64,000 bases of DNA from Rebecca billardiae RCC1528 (taxonomy: Eukaryota > Protista > Haptophyta), in contig OZ251226.1 in NCBI GenBank assembly GCA_965240325.2, positions 62,001 through 126,000 on the forward strand, given 5' to 3'. Each line of letters opens with the position of its first letter. The stretch's first letter is position 1. Positions 33,048 to 44,517 of this stretch are shown here, piece after piece. The translations under genes and the position numbers were made by a program. Below the pieces are notes generated by a model. The model had not been told where the DNA came from. It made no database searches and was given only the letters and a program-made list of their open reading frames with translations.

Positions 33048-35347
33048 AGTGAAATTTTCCGGGAGATTTCAGATTCTGACTCCCCGGACTACAAATTTAC
33101 CCCTCTTTAGGCTACGAATTCTGGATGTCTTGAGAATTCTCATCGCGTTCAAGATTGGCTGTGATATATTCAGATAATACAAAGAATGGCGAGATATGCT
33201 TTACGACCGGTGCGCACATGGTCCGCATACACGATTGCACCACTATAAAAGAATGAACTCTACTATGCAGCCCATCTGTCGTGAATAAATGGTCCCTATG
33301 TCAAAGCGACGGTCGTAATCCGATCGAATACGTACACGGTAAATGGTGCCTATGTCAAGGTGACGGTCGTAATCCGATCGAATACGCAAACGGGTACGTC
33401 GATTACAAGATAGAGCCCGGACGACCGGACGTGGCCGACGACTCTTCCTTTCCAGCCTCGTCGCATCCAGCGCATCTGCCCAGCGAGCCCTCGCATGCGC
33501 ACACGCTGCGATATCACCAGCAGATAACGACGTTACCATGCACGGCGATGTGATGATCGGCACGGAGCGCGCCGCTGGCAAGCACACGATCGTACGCGAT
33601 TACGCCAGCGCCGTCGCACCCAGTCCGTCTTCACCTGCACCTTCTATGTTCCGTGGTTCCGTCACATCGGTCGACGCAGCACGCAGCGCAGCTGACGTTG
33701 TCGCCCGGCCGCACCATTCGCTCGCACACATCCTCGGTGAGCATCTTCCTCGTGTACGCGCATCGCTCTCCAAGCTGCACCCGTGCCGCAGTGCGCCGCC
33801 GGACATGGCCCTACTTGCTGCTGCGTATGAATCCAAACGATGTGGGAAGCCTCGATCACATTTCTACCCGGCCGACGCTCATCGCAAGGCGTGTGATCAA
33901 CGCGTGCGGCAGCTCGAGACGCTCCTGAAACGCGATGCCCACGACGTACACGCAGCGATCTGGCTCGGGCACGCTCTGCCACCGCCGCCCTGCGCCGGTA
34001 CCTGCTGCAGCAGTGCGGCTCCAACTGGAGCGTTCCTCAATGATGTCTGCTCTGCCACCAACAACACGTCCACGAATTCTGACTCGCCGATGATGCCCGA
34101 CCTCTCACACGCAACGCCGCCGTCGATGCACGCTTGCACCATCTCGCAACTCCCAAACTTTTCCGCCGCCATCGGTACCACACCTGCGCGCGCTTACGAC
34201 ATGCTCGCGGCGCATGACCTTGTCCTAAGCACGGCAGATCTTCACGCTCTCGAGCTGCAGTGCAATGCCGTCAGCTCCCACCGACCGCTCTCTCAACTCG
34301 TTCCGGCGGCGGACTACCATTCCGTCAACACCCGATTGTGGCGGCTGGGCGTGCGCATCAACCTCATTTCGCCCGCCTTGCACGGCCGCATCTGGCCGCA
34401 GCAGCAGTCCGCCGTCGCCGCCTGTGCCCACGCTCCCACCACCACCGCCTCCAACCCGACTCCACTCAACCCGCTCGGCGCTGCGTCGTTCTCGGCAGCC
34501 CAGTCGAGCGCAGCGGTGGCAGGCGACGACGAAACCGACACGTTCAAGGCGCTCCTCGTCGCGCTCGAGCACTTCGAGAAGCCGATCGACGACGACCACG
34601 GCCGCGCGCGCAAGGATCTGTGTCCTCTCACTTCTGCACTGGCGCGCGCGCGCGCGCGCGGCGGCGATGACTGACCGTACTTCATTTACACTTCCTGTCG
34701 CGCGACAGTGTACCTCTGCATCATACGTACTGCCCGTACGGCTGCATCCGAGTACGTTTGTTCGTCCTGGATGTTCCATTTGCCAGCTACCTCTCTCCGA
34801 GGCCTCACGCGTTCGGCTGCCTACTGGGCCCTTGGCTGCCAGCTACGATCCGAATGGAGTCTCTCTTGCGCGCGCGCGCGGCGCGCGCGGCGCCGCCAAC
34901 TCTGGTGAGAGCCTCCGCCTGTATCCTGCCTTACTGCCGGCCTCTACCGGCCGTCAGTGGCTATGTTGCCAAGGGCCGCCGACGGTTGGCCCGACTAAAG
35001 TTCTCGTTAGACACTGTGGTCTAAGAGGGGATATATATATAAGACGGTAATCGACGATCGTCGATCGGCCGGCCGCGGTAACGACTAGTATACGCGGAGG
35101 AGTCGGGGCGGTAGGCGGGAGGAGCACCGACGAGTCGCGTCACCGTGACACTGACGTCACTGACGATGAGTGACATCAGCAGGCGGGCTCTGGCCTTCGG
35201 TTGACCCCTGCCAGAGACGGGCACTGTGATGAGCTCCTTCATGACGAAGTCATCACTGCTCGTGAATAAAACTGCACAGGAGGACGACCTCAATGGAGTG
35301 AAATCTTCCGGGAGATTTCAGATTCTGACTCCCCGGACTACAAATTT
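33048..35347. repeat. 51-bp hairpin-forming direct repeats (33048-33098, 35297-35347) bracketing a lower-GC 2.2-kb segment
   Basis: AGTGAAATYTTCCGGGAGATTTCAGATTCTGACTCCCCGGACTACAAATTT occurs twice with 1 mismatch. Confidence 0.85.
33538..34674 (+). CDS. Hypothetical intronless ORF in a lower-GC, possibly mobile segment
   Basis: 378-aa ORF with non-low-complexity composition and atypical codon usage; no recognisable domain. Confidence 0.35.
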   Translation: MHGDVMIGTERAAGKHTIVRDYASAVAPSPSSPAPSMFRGSVTSVDAARSAADVVARPHHSLAHILGEHLPRVRASLSKLHPCRSAPPDMALLAAAYESKRCGKPRSHFYPADAHRKACDQRVRQLETLLKRDAHDVHAAIWLGHALPPPPCAGTCCSSAAPTGAFLNDVCSATNNTSTNSDSPMMPDLSHATPPSMHACTISQLPNFSAAIGTTPARAYDMLAAHDLVLSTADLHALELQCNAVSSHRPLSQLVPAADYHSVNTRLWRLGVRINLISPALHGRIWPQQQSAVAACAHAPTTTASNPTPLNPLGAASFSAAQSSAAVAGDDETDTFKALLVALEHFEKPIDDDHGRARKDLCPLTSALARARARGGDD

Positions 35348-35561
35348 GCCGGACGCAGGCCCGGTCTGGTGAGCAGCGGAAAGCGAAAGGGCCGGGCAAA
35401 GTGCTCACGATCTGTTCGTCGGGGCGCGGACCAGCGCAGGGCGGCGCGGGAGTGAATCGGTCGACTGCCGCCGCCGAGCCGCCATCCGCCGTACGCTCGG
35501 CGCAGGACTGCTTGCACGCACTCCGCGGCGCACGCGCGCGCGCATGCCTCTCCGGCACGCG

Positions 35562-36722
35562 ATGAGACAACCCTTCGCCGTCGCCATCCTCCTCCTTGCG
35601 TCCGCTCTTTCCGCCTGGGCGGCTGACGATCCAACGCCGCCGCCCAGCCCTCCACCCAGCCTACCGCCCAGCCCGCCGTCAAGCCCGCCGTCTCCACCGC
35701 CGAGTCCGCCACCGCCGAGCCCTCCCCCGCCGCCTCCACCGTCACCGCCGCCTTCTCCCCCTCCAAGCCCGCCTCCGCCGAGCCCGCCGCCGCCGCCGCC
35801 GCCGTCGCCGCCGCCGTCGCCACCGCCGCCGCCGCCGCCGCCGTCGCCGCCGCCGTCGCCACCGCCGCCCTTTGTGGCGCTGGCTCCGTCCTCACCGCCG
35901 CCCTCGCCGCTGCCACCGCCCAGCCCGCCGCCCAGCCCGATGCCGCCGCCTTTGCCGCCGCCATCGCCGCCGCCGCCCCCGCCGCCTTCGCCGCCGCCGT
36001 CGCCGCCGCCGCCGTCGCCGCCGCCCAGCCCGCCGCCGCCGCCGCCGCCGCCGTCGCCGCCGCCCAGCCCGCCGCCCAGCTCGCCGCCCACGCCGCCGGC
36101 CCCCTTTGTGGCGCTGGCTCCGCCCTCACCGCCGCCCTCGCCGCCGCCGGCGCCCAGCCCGCCGCCCAGCCCGATGCCGCCGCCTTCGCCGCCACCATCG
36201 CCGCCGCCGCCCCCGCCGCCTTTGCCGCCGCCATCGCCGCCGCCGCCAGCGCCGCCGCCCAGCCCGCCGCCGCCGCCGCCGCCGCCGTCGCCGCCGCCCA
36301 GCCCGCCGCCGCCGCCGCCGCCCGCACTGCCGCCCTTGCCGCTGCCGCCCCCGTCGCCACCCGCGCCGAATGTCGACAGCCCGCCCTCGCCGCCGCCATC
36401 ACCACCGCCGAGCCCCTCGCCGCCGCCATCACCACCGCCGAGCCCGCCGCCGCCATTCCCGCCCTCGCCGCCGCCCTCGCCGCCACCCTCGCCGCCGCCG
36501 CCGCCCGCGGCGCCCTCGCCGCCGCCATCGCCGCCGCCGCCCATGCCGCCGCCCAGCCCGCCGCCCTCGCCGCCACCACCCTCGCTGCCGCCCTCGCCGC
36601 CGCCGCCGCCCTCGCCGCCGCCGCCCGCGCCGCCGCCCAGCCCGCCGCCGCCGCCGCCCTCGCCGCCGCCCTCGCCGCCGCCAACGCCGCCGCCAGCGCC
36701 GCCGCCGAGCCCGCCGCCGAGC

Positions 36723-36757
<35 letters not shown>

Positions 36758-37298
36758 CGCGCCGCCGTCCGCGCCGCCGCCGCCCTCGCCGCCCGCGCCG
36801 CCGCCCGCGCCCCCCGCGCCGCCGCCCTCGCCGCCGCCGCCCACGCCGCCGCCCAGCCCGCCGCCCACGCCGCCGCCCTCGCCGCCGCCCTCGCCGCCGC
36901 CCAGCCCGCCGCCCTCGCCGCCGCCGCTGCTCGCTGCGATCGTGCGCGCCGCCGCCACGCTCGAGGGCGAGCCGTCCGCCTGGGAGGAGGGCACGCCCTC
37001 CGGCGACGCGCTGCGCGCCAACTTCTCCGCCGCGGTGGGCGGCGCGCTCGGCCTCGCGCCCGACGCCGTCAGCGTGAGCTCCGTCGAGTCCGGATCCGCC
37101 GTCGTCACGTTCCGGACGGCGGAGGTGGGCGTGCGCGACGTGAACGCCTCCGCCGTCGCCGCGTTCGTGAGCAACAACGCGACCGAGCTCGCCGCCGCGA
37201 TCAGCGCGTCCACCGGGCTCGGCGTGAACGCGTCCTCCATCGCTCTGCTCAGCGTCACGCTCATCGGGTACGCACCCTCGCCGCCGCCGCCGCCGCAG

Positions 37299-37340
<42 letters not shown>

Positions 37341-37362
37341 GGTGGCGGCGGCGGCGGCGATG

Positions 37363-37394
<32 letters not shown>

Positions 37395-38378
37395 AACAGC
37401 ACCTCCGCCCGCCGCCCCTCCTCCGACGAGGATCTGGCGGAGGGTGAGACGATTGGCATCGTGCTCGTGCTGCTGTGCCTACTGTGCGCGTGCTGCGCCG
37501 CCTTCTTCGCCTACTACAGGCGCAAGAAGGCGCAGGGGGGCGGCGGCGGCGGCGGCGGCGGTGGCGCCGGCCAGTTCGATTCGCCGATGCCGGGCCAGCC
37601 GGCGGGCGGTGCGCGGTACACGCCCGGCTCGGGCGGCGCGCGCTCTGAGAACGTGGTCCCTGGCGAGGATGCGGGCAGCTGGGCGCAGGCGCAGCAGCAC
37701 CAGCCGCCGCCCGCGCCGCCTGCGCGGCAGACGACGCCGCCGCCGCAGCCGGCGGCAGCGGGCGCCGACGCGCAGCGCAGCATGCAGTGGCAGCAGCAGC
37801 AGCAGCAGCAGCAGTGGCAGCAGCAGCAGCAGCAGCAGCAGCAGTGGCAGCTGCAGCAGCAGCAGCAGCAGCAGCAGCAGCGGGCGGCCGAGCCCGCGCC
37901 GTTCGTCGCGCAGTTCCCAGACGAGCCGCCGCAGCCGCAGCCGCAGCCGCAGCTGCAGCAGCAGCGCGCTCCGCAGCCCGCAGGCGCCGCGCCGCCGTCC
38001 TACTCCGAGCCCTACCCAGCGGCGGAGGCGCAGCCCACGCCCGCGCCGCCCGCGCCCGCGCTCGACGACCCGTTTGCACAGGCGCGCCCGGCGCCCGCGC
38101 AGCAGCAGCCGGCCGCGCCCGAGCCGGCGTTCGACCCGTTCGGCGCGAACGCCGGCGCAGCCGCCGAGCCGGGCGCGGCGGGCGCGGCGGCCGTCGACGA
38201 GAATCCGTTTGCGAGGCCGGCGCCGGCGGAGGGCGCGGGCGCGCCGCCGCAGCCCACCGCCGCTGCGGAGTGGGACCCATTCGGTGGCGGCGGCGCGCAG
38301 CCAGCAGACGGGCAGCAGGCCGGCGCCGACGCCAGCCGCGCGAGCAGCGGGTACGAGCCAAGCTACGGCCACCTCTGA
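35562..38378 (+). CDS. Ser/Pro-rich (extensin-like) single-pass membrane glycoprotein with a DPF/NPF-bearing cytoplasmic tail
   Basis: Signal peptide MRQPFAVAILLLASALSAWA; ~430 aa of SPPP/PPSP repeats; a globular SEA-like juxtamembrane domain (VSVSSVESGSAVVTF); TM IGIVLVLLCLLCACCAAFFAYY followed by RRKK; polyQ; DDPF, FDPF, ENPF and WDPF motifs. Confidence 0.85.
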
Positions 38379-38919
38379 GCCACCTCTGAGCCCTCCACCT
38401 CTGAGCCCTCCTGACAGCCGTGGGTCTGAGCTGGCAGCGGGGCGGCGGCGCGGATCCCGTCGTGTGGACGGCGCCTCGACAGTCGCGCCCAGCGCTCGGC
38501 GGACGGTGCGCCCAGTCCTGTCTCCTGAGTCCGGCAGTCGGCATCGTCGTCCGGATGTGTTGTGACTGGGCAGGTCACGCCCCCGGGGCGCTCACGGCCG
38601 CTCACGCGGCACCGTCGACACTAGCGGGCGCGTCGCCGTCGGGCCGTCGGCCGGCGCGGCCCGTGCGGCGTACCGGAGTGGCACTGGCAGCCCCGCGGGC
38701 GCGGCGCGCATGATCAGATTGATGACGATGTGCGACGAGCCCGACTGGCGACTGCCCGTGTAACGCGCGGCGCGGTGCGCGCTGCATATGCCCATCGTCT
38801 GCTGGCTCGGATATCAGAACTACGTAGTCTACGGTGCTGAGTGTCGATCGAGTGAGTCGTCGTCACAGTAGTGGTGATGACTGCGGCGGGCCCTCACAGC
38901 AGTCGGATATATATATATA

Positions 38920-40918
38920 TGTGTAAACTTTTCTGAGGATAGCGCACCAGCTAAATCCCTTGACGGTTGACCGTCATCCGGGCCGAAGTGGCGCAAAATG
39001 GCGGATGCCCCCTTTGGACGCCCTTCCGCGCCTTCGAGCGGCTCGTGCGCGTCAGGAAGTGCGCCGAAGCGTATCCGGAGCATGCTCCATCGACGCGTCG
39101 CACTGCTGGGCCCTTGCATGCGAGCCCATGCCGACGTCTGAGTGCGCCTCGCTGCGCACGGTACAGCTTGACGGTACACGGCACGATTGGGGCCGCGAGC
39201 AGCCTCGTGCGCGCGACCGAGCCAGAGGTGGTCGTCAAGAGTAGCACGAGCGGCGGCACACGAGCGGGGCTGGTCGTTGCCGAATATCTGACGCACCAAT
39301 CGACCTCGCGCAGACCCATCTGCTCGTTTGTGCAAGTGTTGGAAAGGATGAGCAGCTGCCTGCAAACGCCGAGCGCACAGATGAGGCGTGGGCGAGCGAA
39401 GGGGCGGCGAGGGCCGGCGCGTGCGCGCGCGTAAATTCGAGCCTCCCCATACGCATCGAAACACACCGCGCTCGCTCGTCGAGCTGCGCATGGGCATCGG
39501 TGCGCGCGCGCCAACGCGGCGCGCCGTGCTCGAGCCCGGCGGATGCACACCTGCTTGCGCGCGCACGCGCGCGTGATGGACCGAGGAGGTCGCGCGAGCA
39601 TGCGCGATGTGTCTGGATGGAGCGTGTAGGAGGCGTAGGCTGCGCTCCGCACGCGCTCCGCCACCGTGCACCGCGCTGCCCCTCGCCCACGCGGTCGCCG
39701 CCGAGCCTAGATTCAAACGCGTGCGAGCGCTCGAGCGCACCTCCGAGCAGCAGTCGCAGCTATCGTGTCGAAGGCGTGGCGAGAGGCAGATGTGCATGCC
39801 AAGTCGCGCAATGGGGGTGCCCATCACGCGCACACACTCGCGCACGCTCGCCGCACCACCTCGTCGCGCCCACGCGCAGCGCGCGGGGCGCGCTTCGCGC
39901 CCGGAGCAGCTGCCGAGCGGCTCCCGCGCGCAGTGCGCGCGTCGAGTAGGGCTCAGCCAATGGTCCGAGGGCGAGCCCCCGAGCGTCGTGCGTGACGCAC
40001 ATGGACCTAGTACAACGCCGCGTACCACTCGCTGCCACCATAGGGCCCGTACCAGCGAGCTGTGGCCGCCGCAGACACCCAAAAGCTGCTCAACGGTCAG
40101 CGCGCGACAGCCGACGAGCGCCCGACGCGCGCGTCCACCACCGTGATGAGCACGGACGAGCGCGCGCGCCCGTGTCGTAGCTTAGGTGGGGTCCCCCGAT
40201 CGCACGCACCACCGCGCTGCCACGCCTTCGACCATCTTGTGTCACCATGTGGCCGCTCGCCGCTCGCGCCGAGCGGCTGGCGGCGCAGCTGCACGACCGG
40301 CAAACAGTCAGCGCGCGGCAAGGGTGGAGTCCGGCGAGGGTCGGCCGGACTGTCCGGCGCCACCAAGGTGGACCACGTGGTGGTCACCGGCGCGCTCGAC
40401 ACCACGCTCGAGGCCATGGAGGCCGCCCACGAGCAGAAATGCTCACTGCATCTGCCTGTGCAGTGCCTTTGCAGTGCTCCTTTGCGCGCGCACGCAGCGG
40501 CGAAGAGCGAAAGAGTTTAGCCCGACATCGTCCGGGGCTCAAGGGTACCATCATCAAAGAATGGAATGCGCGCAAAGGTCGGGCTAAACAAATTTCGTGT
40601 CGCCCGTGCCGCGCGCGCGCAAGCACGGCCCATGCGGCTCCTTGCACATCTGCTGCAGATCGGCTCGTGCGCGACGAGCGCACCGAGGAGGAAGGTGCGC
40701 GCTCGCGAGCTGGCGCACCTGGGAGTCCTCGCGGCCTCCGAGCAGAAAGAGCGCGTCGAGCGCCGCGCCGCAGGTCGCACGGTCGCGATCTCGCGAGAGC
40801 GGTCGTGCGAGGATGGGCCGCGCCATGGCGCGTTTCAGCCTCCGAACGCGGCCTCCGTGAAATCCGGATGACGGTCAAGGGATTTTGCTGGTGCGCTATC
40901 CTCAGAAAAGTTTACACA
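38920..40918. mobile_element. 2-kb non-autonomous TIR DNA transposon at a TA tract
   Basis: TGTGTAAACTTTTCTGAGGATAGCGCACCAGCWAAATCCCTTGAC at 38920 is the reverse complement of 40874-40918 (1 mismatch), extending to CGTCATCCGG. TA repeats flank it; no transposase ORF. Confidence 0.85.
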
Positions 40919-41143
40919 CACACATATATTTAACGACGTGGTATGCAACGGGCAAGCGTCAGGCTCAGAGTGCAGCAGACACATATAGAATGCGTCCGCG
41001 CCTTCCGACCAGGTCAGGCAGTGCGCCACCCGCAGCCCTGCCCCCCTACGGGAGCGGGGGCGGGATGGAGCACCGCCTCGGCCTGGGGCACGCGGCGGCG
41101 ACGGCAGATGCCGCCGCGGCCGAGCGCCTTCCGGTGAAGCACT

Positions 41144-41420
41144 TGGATGAGGCTGAGGTCGTAGTCGATGTCGCCGCCTGCCGACCTAGCGGCGTGCAGC
41201 TGCGGGAAGCGACAGCCGCGGCTGTCGCCCCCGGGCGCCCGCGTGGGCGCCTGGATGAAGATGAGGTCGTAGTACACGTCGCCGCGTACCGGCCTAGCGG
41301 CGCGCAGCTGCAGAAGAGGGGCTTGGAGAGTGAGCGCGCCGCCCAGCGCGCTCAGGTCGATGAAGCGGATGAGGGTGTAGTCGACGTCGCAGCCCGGCCC
41401 GCCGGCGGGCTGCTGCAGGG
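41144..41420. repeat. Three diverged ~60-bp repeats at ~108-bp spacing
   Basis: GATGAR...GAGGT/GGT.GTAGT..A.GTCGC...GC.GCTGC pattern recurs three times; on the minus strand it reads as GD[IV][DY]YDL..I-like peptides. Confidence 0.55.
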
Positions 41421-43248
41421 AAATGTAGAAAGCGTCGTCGTCAGCAACGCGTGTCACCGGCTCAGGCGCGCTCGCATCCGCCAACACCGCCCGCCCGAGC
41501 GACGAGATGAGCAAGGCTCTCAACACACATATATATATATATGGGTTGGCGCTGCGCGTCAACTTGGGCTGGAAACCTGTTTCTGAAACGCACGATGGCA
41601 CGCCGGGCCGGTGGCCCGTGCTCTGAATTCCGACGCTCGGCCATGGGCGCCACAGGGGCGCCGCGGCGGGGCTGACGACGCGCGCGCGTGTGCACGTCTG
41701 GGCACGGAGTGCGCGCTGCAACGTCTGTCCCGTCTGCAGCACCACGCCCCGCGCTGTGAGTGAGAGTGTGGCCCGCGCCCAAGCGAAACGCCGGACGGGC
41801 GGCACTCCGCCGACCTTGCCGTCCGCCGACCAACCCGCGGCCGCCTGCTGCAGCTCGTGGAAGGCACGAAGTCGCGCGCTCGCGCGTGGATGGCGGCCCT
41901 GCGCGTATGCGCCCGCCGCGCGTGCCGCTTCATCCGCTGGCACCGCACGCGAGGGCGCTCGTCGCGCGCAGTCGGCAGCTCGAGCCCTCCGCCGCCCAAC
42001 CGGGCCGGCGCCACGCCTCGCGCTCGTGCTCGAGCTGAGGCGGCGCGTGTCGCCCGAGCCGGCGGGTTCGCACGCGTGCGCGTGGTGGGCGGCCTCGCGC
42101 GTGAGCCCGCCGCGCGCCCCGCGTTGCTCGCTGGCGCCGCACGAGCCGTTCGTCGCGCGACCGACCGCAAGAGGGCGACCCTCGGGCTCGTGGGCTCTCG
42201 CTCTCTGTCGGCTTCGGACCCGGGACGCCGAGGCCGCGCGAGGTTGCTCCGATGCTCGTAGTCCAATGCAAGATGATACCCGCGTGCCACTATCGGCGCG
42301 CCCTTTCGCTCGTGAATTGTCTAGCGAGAAAGTGACGGATTCGTGTGAATGTGAAGTGTGAACTCGCGACACGACGAATGGGCCGATGCGATTCGCGCGA
42401 ATGTGAGTACGCAAAGCGCCGAACGACGAGCGGCTTTTGACCGAACGACGAGCGGCTTTTGTCCTATCGAGCGCGTAAGTGAGTACGCGAATTCCGCTTA
42501 TGTGACCCGGTGGGCCGATGGGTGGTGAGTGGGGCGTCAAATAAAGGCCCGCGACGGGCTGGTCCCCAGCGTGAAGTCGTGCCTTTGTTCTCGTGGGTTT
42601 CCAGAATATATAAACAGCGGGGGCCTAGCGGCCTTTTCCCGGTGGGGCTGGTCGAACACAGCGCGTCTAGGACGCGACGGAGAAGCTTGCCAGGGCCGGC
42701 AGACCCGACGACGATGGGACGAGTTGGCCGTTCAGCGCTGACTAACGGTATCATCCGGGCTGCCGCGCCTTCGCGCGTCGCGCGTGCGATTTAGCCATTA
42801 GCCAGGCGCGGCAGCGCGGCACTCTTCTGCAAGGCCCACCGAGGCGCCAGCGAGGCGCGCCGGCGAGTGAGGCGCGCGTCGATGCAGTCGTCGCTGCGCA
42901 CGGCCGCTCGGGCACGGCGGCACGGCAACGGCACGCACCGATCACGCCGTGCGTGCGCGCGCCGGCCATCGACGCGTGCTAGTCGTGCAGTAACTGCAGC
43001 TCCGTGGGGTTTTCCGCACGTCGTGCGCGCTGCTGCCGCCGGACGCCCAGATGGCGCGCGACCGCGTCGGTCGCGGCGGCCTCGCGCGCCGCGCGCGGGG
43101 CGGCTCGACGCGCGGCGTGACCCTCGCGGCGCTCCGCGTTGCGCGCCTCGTCCACGCCGTTCAGCGTGCTCGCCAGCCGCGCGCGCAGCTGCGCGAGGCA
43201 CGCGTCGAGCGCTGCCGGCGTCTCGCAGTTTGGGTGCGAGGCCGCGGG

Positions 43249-43766
43249 GGTCCCCGGTCGGGAGGGGCACATCGTGAGTCGTGACTTTGGCCGCCGTCGG
43301 CCCGACATGGCCACGTCGGCTGACGATGTCGTGCACGAGCTGGATAGGGCCTCGTGCGGGTGCACGGCGAGGCGCGCCAGGTCCACAAACGGCTCGTCGC
43401 GCAGTTCCAGCGCACGCAGCCCGGCGACGCGCGCGTCCCAGCGCGCGACGTGTTTGGACAGCGCGTCGTTGGCGAATTGCGCGCACGCCGCCGCGCTCCG
43501 CCTCCCCACAAACGGCTCGTCGCGCAGTTCCAGCGCACGCAGCCCGGCGACGCGCGCGTCCCAGCGCGCGACGTGTTTGGACAGCGCGTCGTTGGCGAAT
43601 TGCGCGCACGCCGCCGCGCTCCGCCTCCGCATCTGCACGCCACACGCCGCGTAGACCACGAACGAATCTATCCAGCTCGTGCACGACATCGTCAGCCGAC
43701 GTGGCCATGTCGGGCCGACGGCGGCCAAAGTCACGACTCACGATGTGCCCCTCCCGACCGGGGACC
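43249..43766. repeat. 99-bp perfect inverted repeat enclosing a 2 x 123-bp tandem duplication
   Basis: 43249-43347 is the reverse complement of 43668-43766; 43383-43505 is repeated at 43506-43628. Confidence 0.92.
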
Positions 43767-44056
43767 ATCGCCGCCAGATTTGTGGGAATCGCAACCACAT
43801 CTCTATGCGGCGCGCGCAGAATTAACCACATGCGCTTCGATTCCCGAGGCGTGCCTTTAATTGGCGCAAAAATTAACCAAGTGCGTTCTCGATTCCCGAG
43901 GCGTGCCTAATCAAAAAACGTTTGAGGCCCCATTGTTCGTATTCCTACTCCGGTATTACTTGGGACAGCAGTACGTCACACACAATTAAAGGGGGTCGGA
44001 GCTGGGTCTCCCAGGGCTTTCTCACGAAATAAAATTGTTTAAAGCTGTGTTCACCA

Positions 44057-44335
<279 letters not shown>

Positions 44336-44517
44336 GCAGCTAGCATCAGATCATAAAATATATATATGTGCGAATGATTGCGCGGCGTCGCGGTCGCGTC
44401 CGCCGGTGGGCGGGATCGTCATCGTGATGTCATTCGTGTCTCGTCTCTCGAGTGACGCTCATCAGACACCGTGCTGCCTGCTGGCGTGCATCAACCACTC
44501 GGCGGCAGGAATCGTTG

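Noticed and set aside
35405-37459. Gly-rich 684-aa minus-strand ORF
   Set aside because: Antisense mirror of the Ser/Pro repeats; the plus-strand ORF has the signal peptide and TM.
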